A stretch of DNA of 64,000 bases from a virus: positions 3,213 through 67,212 of IMG/VR virus record IMGVR_UViG_3300008111_001005, one strand, 5' to 3'. The notes under the pieces are model-generated. The model saw only the letters and a list, made by a program, of their open reading frames with translations. It was not told the DNA's origin and did not search any database. The translations under genes and the position numbers were made by a program. This document shows, piece after piece, positions 9,868 through 19,193 of the stretch. Numbering within the stretch: position 1 is the first letter of the stretch; every line of letters starts with the position of its first letter.

Positions 9868-10964
9868 TGACAATTGATGAAATGCACATAGCGGTCAATC
9901 TTGGGGTACAGAAAATTGCTTCATTCCAAATGGACAATTTCTTACCCCAAGAAATTGACTTTGAATTAAATAACGCTATGGACAGGTTCATCAAGCAGCG
10001 TTATTCAACTCTTAGTAATAGATATAAAAGAGGTTTTGAGCAATCTCAAAAGCGTATTGATGACTTACGACATTTAGTCGTTGAGTCTCAATTAGATGCT
10101 TATTACAAAGGAGAGACTATTGGGTTTGAAGAGTTCTTTATAGACAGGGTCAAACTTCCTACAGACTATTTATTTTTAGTGAGTGTTTTAGCTCGCATAA
10201 AATATGATTGCTCTGGGATAACTACTACTACTGATACTACAACCAAAACGTATTATAAAGTATCTGTAGCTCCCCCAGCTAACTGTAGAGGATGTCAGAT
10301 AGAATCAATATCTTTTGGAGGTACAACTGTGATTAGCAAAGATCCATATCTTACTCTTGAAGATTTACTTAATGCAACTTTATATCAAGATTTAATACCG
10401 CATATAAGTATTCCTGACGGGGCTGGAAATGAGAATACTGGAATAAACACTAATACAACTCAGCTTTACAATCCAGTAGATTCTAACTATATTTATTTAG
10501 AATCAAGTGCTCAAGGAGCAGTTGTAGTTACTTGGACAGATCCTACAGGAACTCTATCTAATACAACTGTAACTATTCAATCACAAAACTTTGCATATCA
10601 GACATCTACATCTAAAAGAGATGCAGAAGTTTCTGAAAAAAATATTGTCTGTAAGTATATACATCAAGACGATATTTATGTTATATTAGAGGACCCTTTT
10701 AATACTACTAAATACACATCTCCAATATATACTGTAGCTGAAAACTACATTGATATTCATACAGATACGATATTTATAGTAGATTATGTAAGACTTAAGT
10801 ACATCCGTATCCCAAAGAGAATGAGTTTATCTTTAGGAGTAGGATGTGAGTTACCTCTACACACTCATCAAGAAATTGTAGAGATGACTATAAAAAGCAT
10901 ACTAGAGGGCATAGAATCCCAACGGTATACCTCGCAATCTATGGAAACCATAGAAGTCGAATAA
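9867..10964 (+). CDS. Tail ring/adaptor protein
   Basis: N-terminal FEQSQKRIDDLRHLV...LPTDYLF and C-terminal LKYIRIPK...CELPLHTHQEIVEM are typical of crAss ring proteins. There is a Thr-rich central insertion. Confidence 0.65.
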   Translation: MTIDEMHIAVNLGVQKIASFQMDNFLPQEIDFELNNAMDRFIKQRYSTLSNRYKRGFEQSQKRIDDLRHLVVESQLDAYYKGETIGFEEFFIDRVKLPTDYLFLVSVLARIKYDCSGITTTTDTTTKTYYKVSVAPPANCRGCQIESISFGGTTVISKDPYLTLEDLLNATLYQDLIPHISIPDGAGNENTGINTNTTQLYNPVDSNYIYLESSAQGAVVVTWTDPTGTLSNTTVTIQSQNFAYQTSTSKRDAEVSEKNIVCKYIHQDDIYVILEDPFNTTKYTSPIYTVAENYIDIHTDTIFIVDYVRLKYIRIPKRMSLSLGVGCELPLHTHQEIVEMTIKSILEGIESQRYTSQSMETIEVE

Positions 10965-11000
10965 TTTTTTTATTGTTTAATCCCTAAAAATTAATTAAAA

Positions 11001-12086
11001 ATGGGAACGAATTTATCACAGGTGTTTATATCTAACACCGATGTCTTAGAAAGTGGCAGCACTTTCAATGGAGCCGCAGTTACTCCAGAAATTGGAGTTT
11101 GGGATTTAAATGGGGCAGCTTATGTGACTACTAAATTATACGCTACTACAGTTGCTGAAGCTGATACTGCTGGGGTAGTAGCAGGTACTGCAGTTGCAAA
11201 TCCTCTTTGGTTATACAAGAGATTGCAGTTTGTTCAGGGTACTGGAGGAAATCCTATTGCTACTCCGATTATCAATACTGCTAACATTAAGCGTATTAAG
11301 TATGATCCTTATGTTATTTCTGCAGGCCACAAACAAGTTTTAACTGGAACTCCTGCAAGCAATGCTTCGCATACAGTTAAGTTTATCTTCAGAACTACTC
11401 CAACAGATCAACTTAGTTTCTACGACGCGAATGGAACTAACCTTGTCGATTTAAGTGGGGATAAAAAAGTTTTCCCATTGGGTGCTTTTAATACTACTAA
11501 TCACAAAGTTATTTCTGTAGAGCTTCCAAAAACTGATGCTTCTGCGGATTTAACAGAGTTCTGCGCATTATTAGATGATGCAGTTGAAGCACACGTATTA
11601 CTGAATGATTTAATTAAGGTATCACAAACTACTGTAGCTGATGATACATATACCGCAAGACACGCTGGTGTTGTATTTGATATGATCATTTGGAACAACA
11701 CTGCAGATGCAGCTAGTGCTCTTATTGTAACTGCTACAGGTTTTGTACCAGGTGTTGGAAATGCTTGGCAGGTATTAGGTGATGAGATTAAGTGCAGAAG
11801 CCGTTACGGTAACTTTAACCGTATGTACCTTCCGCAGAATATGCCTACATACACTAATGTTACTGCTAATAGCAATAAAGGAGCATTTTATGACAAAATC
11901 ACTATCGAATACGAACACAACTGGCCCACTTCTACGGGCATTGCTCCTGCAGGAACTTTAAATCAGGTTGTTTTGTACTTTACAGATGCTGACTTTACTG
12001 CTCCTGTAGTAGGAGATGCTTCAACTGCAACTTACGATAATGCATTTAACCTTACCATTGCTACTGCAGCAGAGTTTAACTGGTAA
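11001..12086 (+). CDS. Auxiliary/stabilising capsid protein
   Basis: 361 aa, A/T-rich beta protein with PGVGNAWQV..DE and YDKITIEY motifs. Conserved position, with a hairpin directly after it. Confidence 0.6.
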   Translation: MGTNLSQVFISNTDVLESGSTFNGAAVTPEIGVWDLNGAAYVTTKLYATTVAEADTAGVVAGTAVANPLWLYKRLQFVQGTGGNPIATPIINTANIKRIKYDPYVISAGHKQVLTGTPASNASHTVKFIFRTTPTDQLSFYDANGTNLVDLSGDKKVFPLGAFNTTNHKVISVELPKTDASADLTEFCALLDDAVEAHVLLNDLIKVSQTTVADDTYTARHAGVVFDMIIWNNTADAASALIVTATGFVPGVGNAWQVLGDEIKCRSRYGNFNRMYLPQNMPTYTNVTANSNKGAFYDKITIEYEHNWPTSTGIAPAGTLNQVVLYFTDADFTAPVVGDASTATYDNAFNLTIATAAEFNW

Positions 12087-12095
12087 TTAATCTTA

Positions 12096-12141
12096 TATAA
12101 TAAGGGGATAGTAATTGGGCTATCCCCTTATTATAACTTTT
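12096..12141 (+). terminator. Hairpin terminator after auxiliary capsid gene
   Basis: 16-bp inverted repeat TATAATAAGGGGATAG/CTATCCCCTTATTATA followed by ACTTTT. Confidence 0.7.
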
Positions 12142-12156
12142 ATATAAAATATTAAC

Positions 12157-12699
12157 ATGTCTACAACAGCTGACAATCCTAGGAGAATTAATGTTAATGA
12201 GACTTGTTCTATATTAGCTGTTAATATTAGAACAACTACTAATCCAGTATCTGGTCATTATATCAGAATTGAGGATGGGACTACTACTCCTGCGGGATAT
12301 ACTGCTATTACAACAGGGGGAGGAGGAATGGTTTCAGGAAGTAGCCCCACTTGGTACATTACAGCTAATATTACAGCAAATGTGCAGGGATTAGTCAAAG
12401 TAGAGCATGTAAGTAGTTTATCATCTACTGCAACTGTATACGCTACATTTTATACAATTGCCCCATGCAGCGTAGAATGTTGCATAGCCACTCTCGCAGA
12501 ATCAGGATTAAATTGTGATTGTAACTGTGGGAAATGCGCTGAAGATTTAGAAAGAGCTACTAAAGTTTCTTTATTACTACAAGGAGCAACATATCTCGCA
12601 GAGAAAACAAATCCAACATCTGCAGATATTGCAAATGCTGAAAAGTTATATTTAAAAGCTGTACAACTCTGTGAAGAGGTTTGTGCTTGCGGATGCTAA
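12157..12699 (+). CDS. Cys-rich tail hub-like protein
   Basis: CSVECC...CDCNCGKC...CEEVCACGC clusters, in the position of crAss hub genes. Confidence 0.5.
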   Translation: MSTTADNPRRINVNETCSILAVNIRTTTNPVSGHYIRIEDGTTTPAGYTAITTGGGGMVSGSSPTWYITANITANVQGLVKVEHVSSLSSTATVYATFYTIAPCSVECCIATLAESGLNCDCNCGKCAEDLERATKVSLLLQGATYLAEKTNPTSADIANAEKLYLKAVQLCEEVCACGC

Positions 12700-12701
12700 T
12701 C

Positions 12702-13112
12702 ATGATTCCAGAAGTAACAAATACACAGGAATACAAAGACTTTCTTGACGATATAAAAGAATGTATCGGGCAAGACACTGTCCCCATCTATACTAAAATA
12801 GTTGGGGGTTTAAAATGTTCTACAATAGAACAGCAGAAAATGTCTCTAGCTATCAATCTTATGAGAAAGATTGGGTTAGAATGTCTAGACTCAACAGGTG
12901 TAGATCCAAATATGACATACCTGCAATCGTTTGTAGCATTTTCTCAAAAGCATTGTAGAGAGTGTACTTATATGAGTACAGTTGCTGGACAACAAGAACC
13001 AGCTAGCGTAGTTCCAGGACTTCCTACAACAGCTTTGTTATTTGAATCTGGAAATAATATATTACTTGAAACCGTACTTGAAACCGAAGATTACTTAATC
13101 TTAGAAGCTTAA
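12702..13112 (+). CDS. Second Cys-containing hub/fibre-attachment protein
   Basis: An in-frame ATG at 12702, just after the previous stop, is a better start than the TTG at 12681. C-terminal LLFESGNNILLE motif. Confidence 0.45.
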   Translation: MIPEVTNTQEYKDFLDDIKECIGQDTVPIYTKIVGGLKCSTIEQQKMSLAINLMRKIGLECLDSTGVDPNMTYLQSFVAFSQKHCRECTYMSTVAGQQEPASVVPGLPTTALLFESGNNILLETVLETEDYLILEA

Positions 13113-13116
13113 AATA

Positions 13117-14142
13117 ATGGCTAACATAAAAATATCTGCTCTTAGTATCTTAGGAAAATCGTCATTTGTAAGTGATGATTACATTCTTGTAGCAAGAGGC
13201 ACTACTTCAAATGCTAAAGTGCAGGCAACTTCATTGCTTCCAACTCTTACTAGTTTAGGAAATGGAAATAACTATCTTTTAAGCTTAGCATCTCAAAATG
13301 CTTTTTCTCAAAAAGAATTAAAAGTCAGTGGAGGAATATTAGCATTAGCTAATAACACTAATGATTTAACTCTCTCCATCAATCAAGGTAGTATAAATCT
13401 TAATTCATGTAATAATGATGCTAACTTTTTACAGACAGTAGACTTATCAACTAATAAAGTTACAAGTACTCTTCCTACAGTTCGAGGAGGTACAGGATTA
13501 AGCAGCTTTGCAGCTAAGTCTGTTTTTATATCTCATCCTAGTACTGCAAATACAATGCAGGCATTGTCGATAAGTCAAAATGGACAATTATTAATTGGGG
13601 GCACATCAGGACCTGCAGTTAGAACATTAACTGCTGGAAGCAATATCACTATTACTAATGGAGATGGAACGATACAAATTTCTGCACCGACTCCTGCAAG
13701 TGTTGTTAGTAAGAGTGGAGAGAGTATTGTATTAACCAGCGGAGGTGGATTAACATCTGACGGAGATATAATATTTAACGATGTTACTAAAGGAATAGTA
13801 TATGGAACAAAAGGAATAGCTAAAACTGAAATTAATCAAAGCACTAGTTTTGCTACACCTGTGACAATCAATGCTACACTGGGAAAAATAAATTTATATG
13901 CAGGATCTCTTGCTGCAGCTACTCAAGCAGAATTTACTGTAACTAATCCTACAGTTCAATCTACATCTCTAGTATTTATCACAATGATTGGTCCTGGAGC
14001 AGCAACTGAAGCAGACAACGCATATATTACATCTCATGTATCTGCAATTTCAAACGGTTCTTTTAAAATAGTTTTAACAAATACAGACGGGCATAACTCT
14101 GACACTCTTCAAAGATCTATACAATTCTTAGTTATTAACTAA
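13117..14142 (+). CDS. Tail fibre/spike protein
   Basis: MANIKISAL N-terminus, LPTVRGGTG and LTAGSNITITNGDGTIQIS fibre motifs, beta-rich C-terminal head. Confidence 0.65.
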   Translation: MANIKISALSILGKSSFVSDDYILVARGTTSNAKVQATSLLPTLTSLGNGNNYLLSLASQNAFSQKELKVSGGILALANNTNDLTLSINQGSINLNSCNNDANFLQTVDLSTNKVTSTLPTVRGGTGLSSFAAKSVFISHPSTANTMQALSISQNGQLLIGGTSGPAVRTLTAGSNITITNGDGTIQISAPTPASVVSKSGESIVLTSGGGLTSDGDIIFNDVTKGIVYGTKGIAKTEINQSTSFATPVTINATLGKINLYAGSLAAATQAEFTVTNPTVQSTSLVFITMIGPGAATEADNAYITSHVSAISNGSFKIVLTNTDGHNSDTLQRSIQFLVIN

Positions 14143-14151
14143 GAGTTTTAT

Positions 14152-14159
14152 TATATTTG
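14152..14159 (+). promoter_or_regulatory. Bacteroidota-type -7 promoter element TATATTTG
   Basis: TAnnTTTG match in the intergenic gap before the ATG at 14178. Confidence 0.5.
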
Positions 14160-14177
14160 CATAAACCAAACCAAACA

Positions 14178-14606
14178 ATGACGTACAAAAAATTTACTTT
14201 CTCTAACAGAGAGCTGTTAGGGTTGTATGAGGGACTTAAGGATCTCAAAGAATTAACTGGTTCTAAGATGGCATTCTTTGCAGCTAAGAACATTAAAGAA
14301 ATTGAGAAAGTATTGTCCCCAATTGATCAGATGGCTACTCCAAGTGAAGAGTTCTACAATGTATCAGTTGAAGCTCAGAAGTTCATTGAAAATTCCGATG
14401 ACGAAGGTCTGAAAAAGTTTGAAGAAGAACATGCTGATATCGTTGAACAACGTAAACAGCAACTTCTGCAAGTAGACATGGAACTCAATAAAGAGTCTGA
14501 AGTATACTTAGTAACTATTCGTAATGATCAAATTACTGATTCAGTTACAGTTGAGCAATTAGGGAAAATATTGGACTTAATTGAATACAACGAAAATGCT
14601 AACTAA
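14178..14606 (+). CDS. Helical hypothetical protein (possible fibre chaperone)
   Basis: ATG at 14178 follows A-rich AAACCAAACA. Acidic helical product next to the fibre gene. Confidence 0.45.
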   Translation: MTYKKFTFSNRELLGLYEGLKDLKELTGSKMAFFAAKNIKEIEKVLSPIDQMATPSEEFYNVSVEAQKFIENSDDEGLKKFEEEHADIVEQRKQQLLQVDMELNKESEVYLVTIRNDQITDSVTVEQLGKILDLIEYNENAN

Positions 14607-15715
14607 TGGGATTAGAAGCAGCGAAAAACTTTCTAAGGAATAGACCTGGGTATCTTAAAGAAGGTCCAGACAGGCTTAGTGAAAAGCTGAAATTTCCTAG
14701 AGATGTATGTGCTCAAGCACTTAAAGAAGTGAGAGCAGAAAACAAAATGAATAGTCCTCTAGACGAATTCCTAGAGAACAATAGTATAAATAAAAACAGT
14801 GTCGATAGTGTCAAGTACTGGCAGACACAATCTGGGGAGCTGAGATATTCGATAGTATCAAAAGATAGTATCAATCCATACGAAGAAGCTAAAGCAGTAT
14901 TAGAAGAATTTGTTTTAAGCTACTCCCCCAGAGTTCCACAATTTATTAATCATAGGCACACCAATCCAGTAGCTTATGAGATATCCCTCCCAGACCTTCA
15001 CTACGGAAAGATGGCTGGGCTTACAAATAAAGAGTTAGAGGATCTATACCTCGAGAAGGTGTTTGATTTAGTTCAAAAAGCTGAAGGACTTCAGATTGAG
15101 AAATTCATACTCCCTATTGGGAATGACGGAATGAACTCTGAAGGAATGAGGCAGACAACAACAAAGGGCACTCCTCAGCAAGATAATGCTGGATGGAAAG
15201 AAACATTTAGAGGCTATTGGACTCTACTTGTAGCAACTATAGATTACCTGTCTAGGATTGCCCCAGTTGATGTAATAGTTATTTCTGGAAATCATGACTA
15301 CGAGAGAATGTTCTACGTAGGAGATGTATTAGCTGCTTGGTTCAAATACAACGAGAATGTTGAGATTGACAATAGCTATGAGCATCGAAAGTATTTGGAG
15401 TATGGAGTTAACATGTTGATGTTCACTCATGGAGATACAGAGAAGATCCAAGATCTCCCCCTAATAATGGCTACTGAACAACCTCAGATGTTCGCAAGAA
15501 CATTTCATCACGAAGTGCATTGTGGGCATTTGCATAAAGAAATGGTCAATGAGTACAGAGGAATTAAAGTTAGATTCTTACCTTCTATATGCCCTAACGA
15601 TGAGTGGCACAAGCGGATGGGGTATGAAGCTAAAAGAACTGCACAAGCGTATATATGGAGTAAAAATCGTGGACTTGAGGGATATCTACAAAGCAATGTC
15701 AAACATAAATTTTAA
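14606..15715 (+). CDS. Calcineurin-like metallophosphoesterase
   Basis: Full motif set PDLHYG, GND, GNHD, THGD, GHLH. Confidence 0.85.
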   Translation: MGLEAAKNFLRNRPGYLKEGPDRLSEKLKFPRDVCAQALKEVRAENKMNSPLDEFLENNSINKNSVDSVKYWQTQSGELRYSIVSKDSINPYEEAKAVLEEFVLSYSPRVPQFINHRHTNPVAYEISLPDLHYGKMAGLTNKELEDLYLEKVFDLVQKAEGLQIEKFILPIGNDGMNSEGMRQTTTKGTPQQDNAGWKETFRGYWTLLVATIDYLSRIAPVDVIVISGNHDYERMFYVGDVLAAWFKYNENVEIDNSYEHRKYLEYGVNMLMFTHGDTEKIQDLPLIMATEQPQMFARTFHHEVHCGHLHKEMVNEYRGIKVRFLPSICPNDEWHKRMGYEAKRTAQAYIWSKNRGLEGYLQSNVKHKF

Positions 15716-16061
15716 CAACTCTGACGACGAGTTTGATGATATCGACGATATCGACGATCTCGAAGATTTCTCTTATGAAGAAGAAGTTGAAATCATAGAC
15801 TCAGCTTATAGGAATGCATTTAAGATTGCTACGGGAGAAATGAATTTCAAGCAATTTATGATGGACTCTGATGGAATACAGTTCTTCGCTTTTGACCCTT
15901 CAGACCCAGAAACATTTGAACTGATTATTGATGACATGATTGAGTATTTTGAAGAAACTGAGGAATACGAAAAATGTCAAACTCTTGTAAAATTAAAGAA
16001 TTCAAAAACGCTTATAAAGGATTTAAATAAGCGATTAAAAACATCTGAGGATGACACTTGA
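15696..16061 (+). CDS. Acidic hypothetical protein with UVR-like C-terminal helix
   Basis: Likely start MSNINF at 15696. Contains YFEETEEYEKCQTL. Confidence 0.55.
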   Translation: MSNINFNNSDDEFDDIDDIDDLEDFSYEEEVEIIDSAYRNAFKIATGEMNFKQFMMDSDGIQFFAFDPSDPETFELIIDDMIEYFEETEEYEKCQTLVKLKNSKTLIKDLNKRLKTSEDDT

Positions 16062-16746
16062 TGAGATCGCATACAATTTGATCAACGCTCTTCGTGGGGG
16101 TAGAACTAACCACGATGAACATATATCAACTGATCAAATTAAATTTAACATTAAGCATTATCGTGCCGTATTCATTCGTCGTGACTACGCTCGTAATGGT
16201 TTAATTACTAGACACTTAGAACAAGATTTAGGGTGTTTAAAACTCATCAAGGTTGATGCCAGCAAATGCTGTGATCTTCCTGTAGATTGTCCTATTTACC
16301 GTACTGAAGAAGAGATCCCTAGAACAGTGAGATTCAACTTCAGAGAAGCACTTACCTTCATAGGAGACATTACTGGGTTAGGAAGAATCCCCCAAGTAGA
16401 GCCCTATGAAGTTTCTTTTTTACCCTACGATAAATATACAAGGAACCATCCCAAAGCATATATGATAGAGGACTATCTGTATGTCTACAATCCGAAAGGG
16501 ATGGAGTATATCAACGTAAGAGGAATCTTTGAAGATCCTGAGGAGATAGCAAACTTTGAATGCAATGGGCCTTGCTACGATTCTAAATCTAGATTCCCCA
16601 TGCCTGCAGATATGGTGAGTGCCATTACTACAGGTATGATGAATGGGGAATTAAAAATACTGGGGATGACATTTGCAGATAGTGAAGCAGATAGATCGCA
16701 AGACTATTCCCCACTTAGAATGCCTAATACAATATCTGAAGATTAA
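16051..16746 (+). CDS. Tail ring protein
   Basis: MTLDEIAY...QIKF.IKHYRA, INVRGIFEDP and FPMPADMV resemble crAss ring proteins. Confidence 0.6.
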   Translation: MTLDEIAYNLINALRGGRTNHDEHISTDQIKFNIKHYRAVFIRRDYARNGLITRHLEQDLGCLKLIKVDASKCCDLPVDCPIYRTEEEIPRTVRFNFREALTFIGDITGLGRIPQVEPYEVSFLPYDKYTRNHPKAYMIEDYLYVYNPKGMEYINVRGIFEDPEEIANFECNGPCYDSKSRFPMPADMVSAITTGMMNGELKILGMTFADSEADRSQDYSPLRMPNTISED

Positions 16747-16757
16747 AACTTAATAAA

Positions 16758-17042
16758 ATGGGATACAATACAAAAGAAGAGATCTTATTAAACTCTTCAA
16801 AAACTAGTTTAGAAGAAAGCCTGGGGAAATGTGGAGGTATTCTCTTGACTACTACAAATGCTACACCCGGGAAATTTATAGCAGTTACAGCTATTGCTGA
16901 AGCAACTTTGATAACTGCAGGAACATTAGCTTTACCCAGCGGCACTCCTGTTACAATTCCAGCAGGTATTACTGTATACGGAAGATTTACTTCTCTTACT
17001 GCAGGAACAGCTAATGCATTTATAGCATACTACGAGTGTTAA
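16758..17042 (+). CDS. Small beta-rich structural protein (possible decoration protein)
   Basis: 94 aa, A/T/G-rich, with IPAGITVYGRFTS motif. Confidence 0.45.
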   Translation: MGYNTKEEILLNSSKTSLEESLGKCGGILLTTTNATPGKFIAVTAIAEATLITAGTLALPSGTPVTIPAGITVYGRFTSLTAGTANAFIAYYEC

Positions 17043-17066
17043 TTTAACTAACAAGAATAAGAAATC

Positions 17067-17234
17067 ATGGCTAAGCAATGCATGAAGTGTGGGGGTATGA
17101 AATATAAGTCTGGAGGTTCTAAGTTTCCTGATCTTACTGGGGATGGGAAAGTAACTAGAGCTGATGTTCTCAAAGGAAGAGGAGTCATCAAGAAGACTGG
17201 AGGTGCTAAGAAGAAAGCTAAAGCTAAAAAATAA
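17067..17234 (+). CDS. Small basic protein (55 aa) with EF-hand/dockerin-like loop, not in the ORF track
   Basis: Reads MAKQCMKCGGMKYKSGGSKFPDLTGDGKVTRADVLKGRGVIKKTGGAKKKAKAKK*. DLTGDGKVT..D is a DxxxDG calcium-loop pattern. Confidence 0.7.
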   Translation: MAKQCMKCGGMKYKSGGSKFPDLTGDGKVTRADVLKGRGVIKKTGGAKKKAKAKK

Positions 17235-17239
17235 TTGCA

Positions 17240-17506
17240 ATGGCTTCCCCAGCTTGGCAAAGAAAATCAGGCAAGAATCCCAAAGGGGGTTTGAATGCTA
17301 AAGGAAGAGCATCTTATAGAGCTGCAAATCCTGGGAGCAAACTTGGGGCACCACAGCCTGAGGGTGGGAAGAGAAGAAACTCTTTCTGCAAAAGAATGTG
17401 TGGAATGAAAGCCAAACTTACTAGCAGCAAGACTGCAAATGATCCTAACTCTAGAATTAACAAAGCTCTACGTGTTTGGAAATGCGGGAGCTGTGCTAAC
17501 TGGTAA
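17240..17506 (+). CDS. Small basic phage protein (DUF6321-like)
   Basis: AWQRKSGKNPKGGLNAKGRASY...RRNSFC.RM.GMK...DPNSRINKALR.WKC pattern. Confidence 0.7.
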   Translation: MASPAWQRKSGKNPKGGLNAKGRASYRAANPGSKLGAPQPEGGKRRNSFCKRMCGMKAKLTSSKTANDPNSRINKALRVWKCGSCANW

Positions 17507-17508
17507 CA

Positions 17509-17679
17509 ATGCTTATACAACAAAAAGAATATTTTATAGGGAATACTATAACGGCATTCAGCCTTGCAATGTCCATGTCCCAAATAAACGAACTCTTAAC
17601 AGCTGCATCTTTATTGGTTGCTATAATCCTTAATGGGCAGTTGTTATACAAGAGAATAACTAAAAAAGATAAAGACTAA
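17509..17679 (+). CDS. Small membrane protein, holin candidate (56 aa), not in the ORF track
   Basis: Reads MLIQQKEYFIGNTITAFSLAMSMSQINELLTAASLLVAIILNGQLLYKRITKKDKD*: two hydrophobic segments and a charged C-tail. Confidence 0.5.
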   Translation: MLIQQKEYFIGNTITAFSLAMSMSQINELLTAASLLVAIILNGQLLYKRITKKDKD

Positions 17680-17693
17680 TTAATTTAAAACAA

Positions 17694-18200
17694 ATGGCAC
17701 GTAAAGCTAACCTTAAAAAAGGTATGAAGGGTCCACAGAAGATGCGCTACCAAATGGGAGGTGATTTCATGGAACCTAACAAAGAATTGAAGTTTGGAGG
17801 TCTGTATGAAAAAGGAGGTTTCAAGAAAAAGAAAGCTGCAGGAAATAACCCGAATGTTATCAGCCCTGCGACATCTGCTTCGTACAGAGTGAAGAAGAAA
17901 AACATTCCTATGAGTCCGACAAATGAAAAGATGAAAGGAATTGTTCAAAATGCATCTGCTATGAGTTACAATAGCAGTGTTGGAGATAAGGGTCAATATC
18001 AGCCCCCAATGTCTATAACGAGTTCAATGCTTAAGTCATTAGCTGGTTATGGGGCTGAGAGCAGAGCAAGCATGGGTGCTGCTGAAGTTAAGCCTAAGAA
18101 GAAGCAATTAGGTGGTATGATGAAGGGCAACAAAGCAACTGCTAAGCCTCCCATGAAGCCTATGGGTAAGAAGAATAATACTAAAACTACAAAGTTATAA
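17694..18200 (+). CDS. Lys/Met-rich basic protein with repeated xxGG motifs
   Basis: Contains RYQMGG, LKFGG, YEKGG and KQLGG. Low complexity. Confidence 0.6.
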   Translation: MARKANLKKGMKGPQKMRYQMGGDFMEPNKELKFGGLYEKGGFKKKKAAGNNPNVISPATSASYRVKKKNIPMSPTNEKMKGIVQNASAMSYNSSVGDKGQYQPPMSITSSMLKSLAGYGAESRASMGAAEVKPKKKQLGGMMKGNKATAKPPMKPMGKKNNTKTTKL

Positions 18201-18204
18201 TATT

Positions 18205-18438
18205 ATGCCTACAGCAAAGAAACCCGCAAAAAAGCAATACGGGGGTTGTGCAAATTCTAAAAGAGCTGCACAAACTGCTAGAGCTCAAAATAGAAATCGT
18301 AGAAACCCAGCAGCTGCAAAAAGAAGAGCAACAAGAGGTTCTGGAAATGGGGCTGCAGGAGTTGGGAAAGTATTGAAGACCGCAGCAGGTCTTACAGTAC
18401 TTGGACTTATGGCTAAGAAAGCTAAAAATAGTATGTAA
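18205..18438 (+). CDS. Small Arg/Lys/Ala-rich protein
   Basis: KKQYGG motif, basic, with a C-terminal hydrophobic helix. Confidence 0.55.
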   Translation: MPTAKKPAKKQYGGCANSKRAAQTARAQNRNRRNPAAAKRRATRGSGNGAAGVGKVLKTAAGLTVLGLMAKKAKNSM

Positions 18439-18465
18439 TTTATAACCCTATATACCTATAATAAA

Positions 18466-18696
18466 ATGATGAAAAAAGCACAACGCGGAGGCTATGCCCC
18501 AATGGGAATGGCTAAAGGAGCTGGAAAAATGAAACCTAAATCTCAGTCTAAGCCCTTGACGGCTCGTCCTGGAGCTGCAGCTAAATCTGGATCTAAGCCC
18601 TTGGGAGCATGGCCGGGTGGTAAAGCAGCACCGAAGCCCCCCAAAAGAAAGACAGGAGCTATTGGTCTTCAAAAGAGAATTGTTAGAGGCAATTGA
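18466..18696 (+). CDS. Small Lys/Pro/Gly-rich basic protein
   Basis: KKAQRGG motif, histone H1-like composition. Confidence 0.55.
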   Translation: MMKKAQRGGYAPMGMAKGAGKMKPKSQSKPLTARPGAAAKSGSKPLGAWPGGKAAPKPPKRKTGAIGLQKRIVRGN

Positions 18697-18710
18697 TTTA
18701 AATAAATTGT

Positions 18711-19193
18711 ATGCTCGGTCTTAAAGAGATTTATTCTGCATATTGTAACTCAGTTAAAGAGCCCCTCCCCAAGGAACTATTTACAACATTAATTCAAGAG
18801 TTTAATCTTGAAGTTGTTAATAGACTCCTTGAGGGGGAGGCCTTTAACATGAGAAACCATCTCTCTAATATTTGTATTAAGAGAATGCAGAGAAACCCAT
18901 CATCTCCAACTGTAGATTGGTGGGAAAGTCTGAGATACAAGCAAGAGCTATTACAAGAAGGGAAAGAGCTTTACAGCGAAGACAACCCTGAAGGTAATAA
19001 ATGGTTTATATACTATACAGATCCTTGGTACTGCAAGTATCATTGGGAAAAGCATAGATGCAAAATCCCAAACAAGAGTGCGTATAGATTTACCCCGTCA
19101 AGAGGTTTAAAGGGAAATAAAGAGAAGCTCACTAAACTTTTGAAAACTAACGAATTAGCATATTTAAGATTCCAAACTTATGGCAATAAGTAA
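18711..19193 (+). CDS. crAss-type IHF/HU-like protein
   Basis: LIQEFN..VVNRLLEGEAFNM...LSNICIK and YRFTPSR. Conserved position upstream of the tail tubular gene. Confidence 0.65.
   Translation: MLGLKEIYSAYCNSVKEPLPKELFTTLIQEFNLEVVNRLLEGEAFNMRNHLSNICIKRMQRNPSSPTVDWWESLRYKQELLQEGKELYSEDNPEGNKWFIYYTDPWYCKYHWEKHRCKIPNKSAYRFTPSRGLKGNKEKLTKLLKTNELAYLRFQTYGNK

Noticed and set aside
15522-15695. N-terminal extension of the 179-aa ORF
   Set aside because: It overlaps the phosphoesterase C-terminus. The ATG at 15696 gives a coherent acidic protein.
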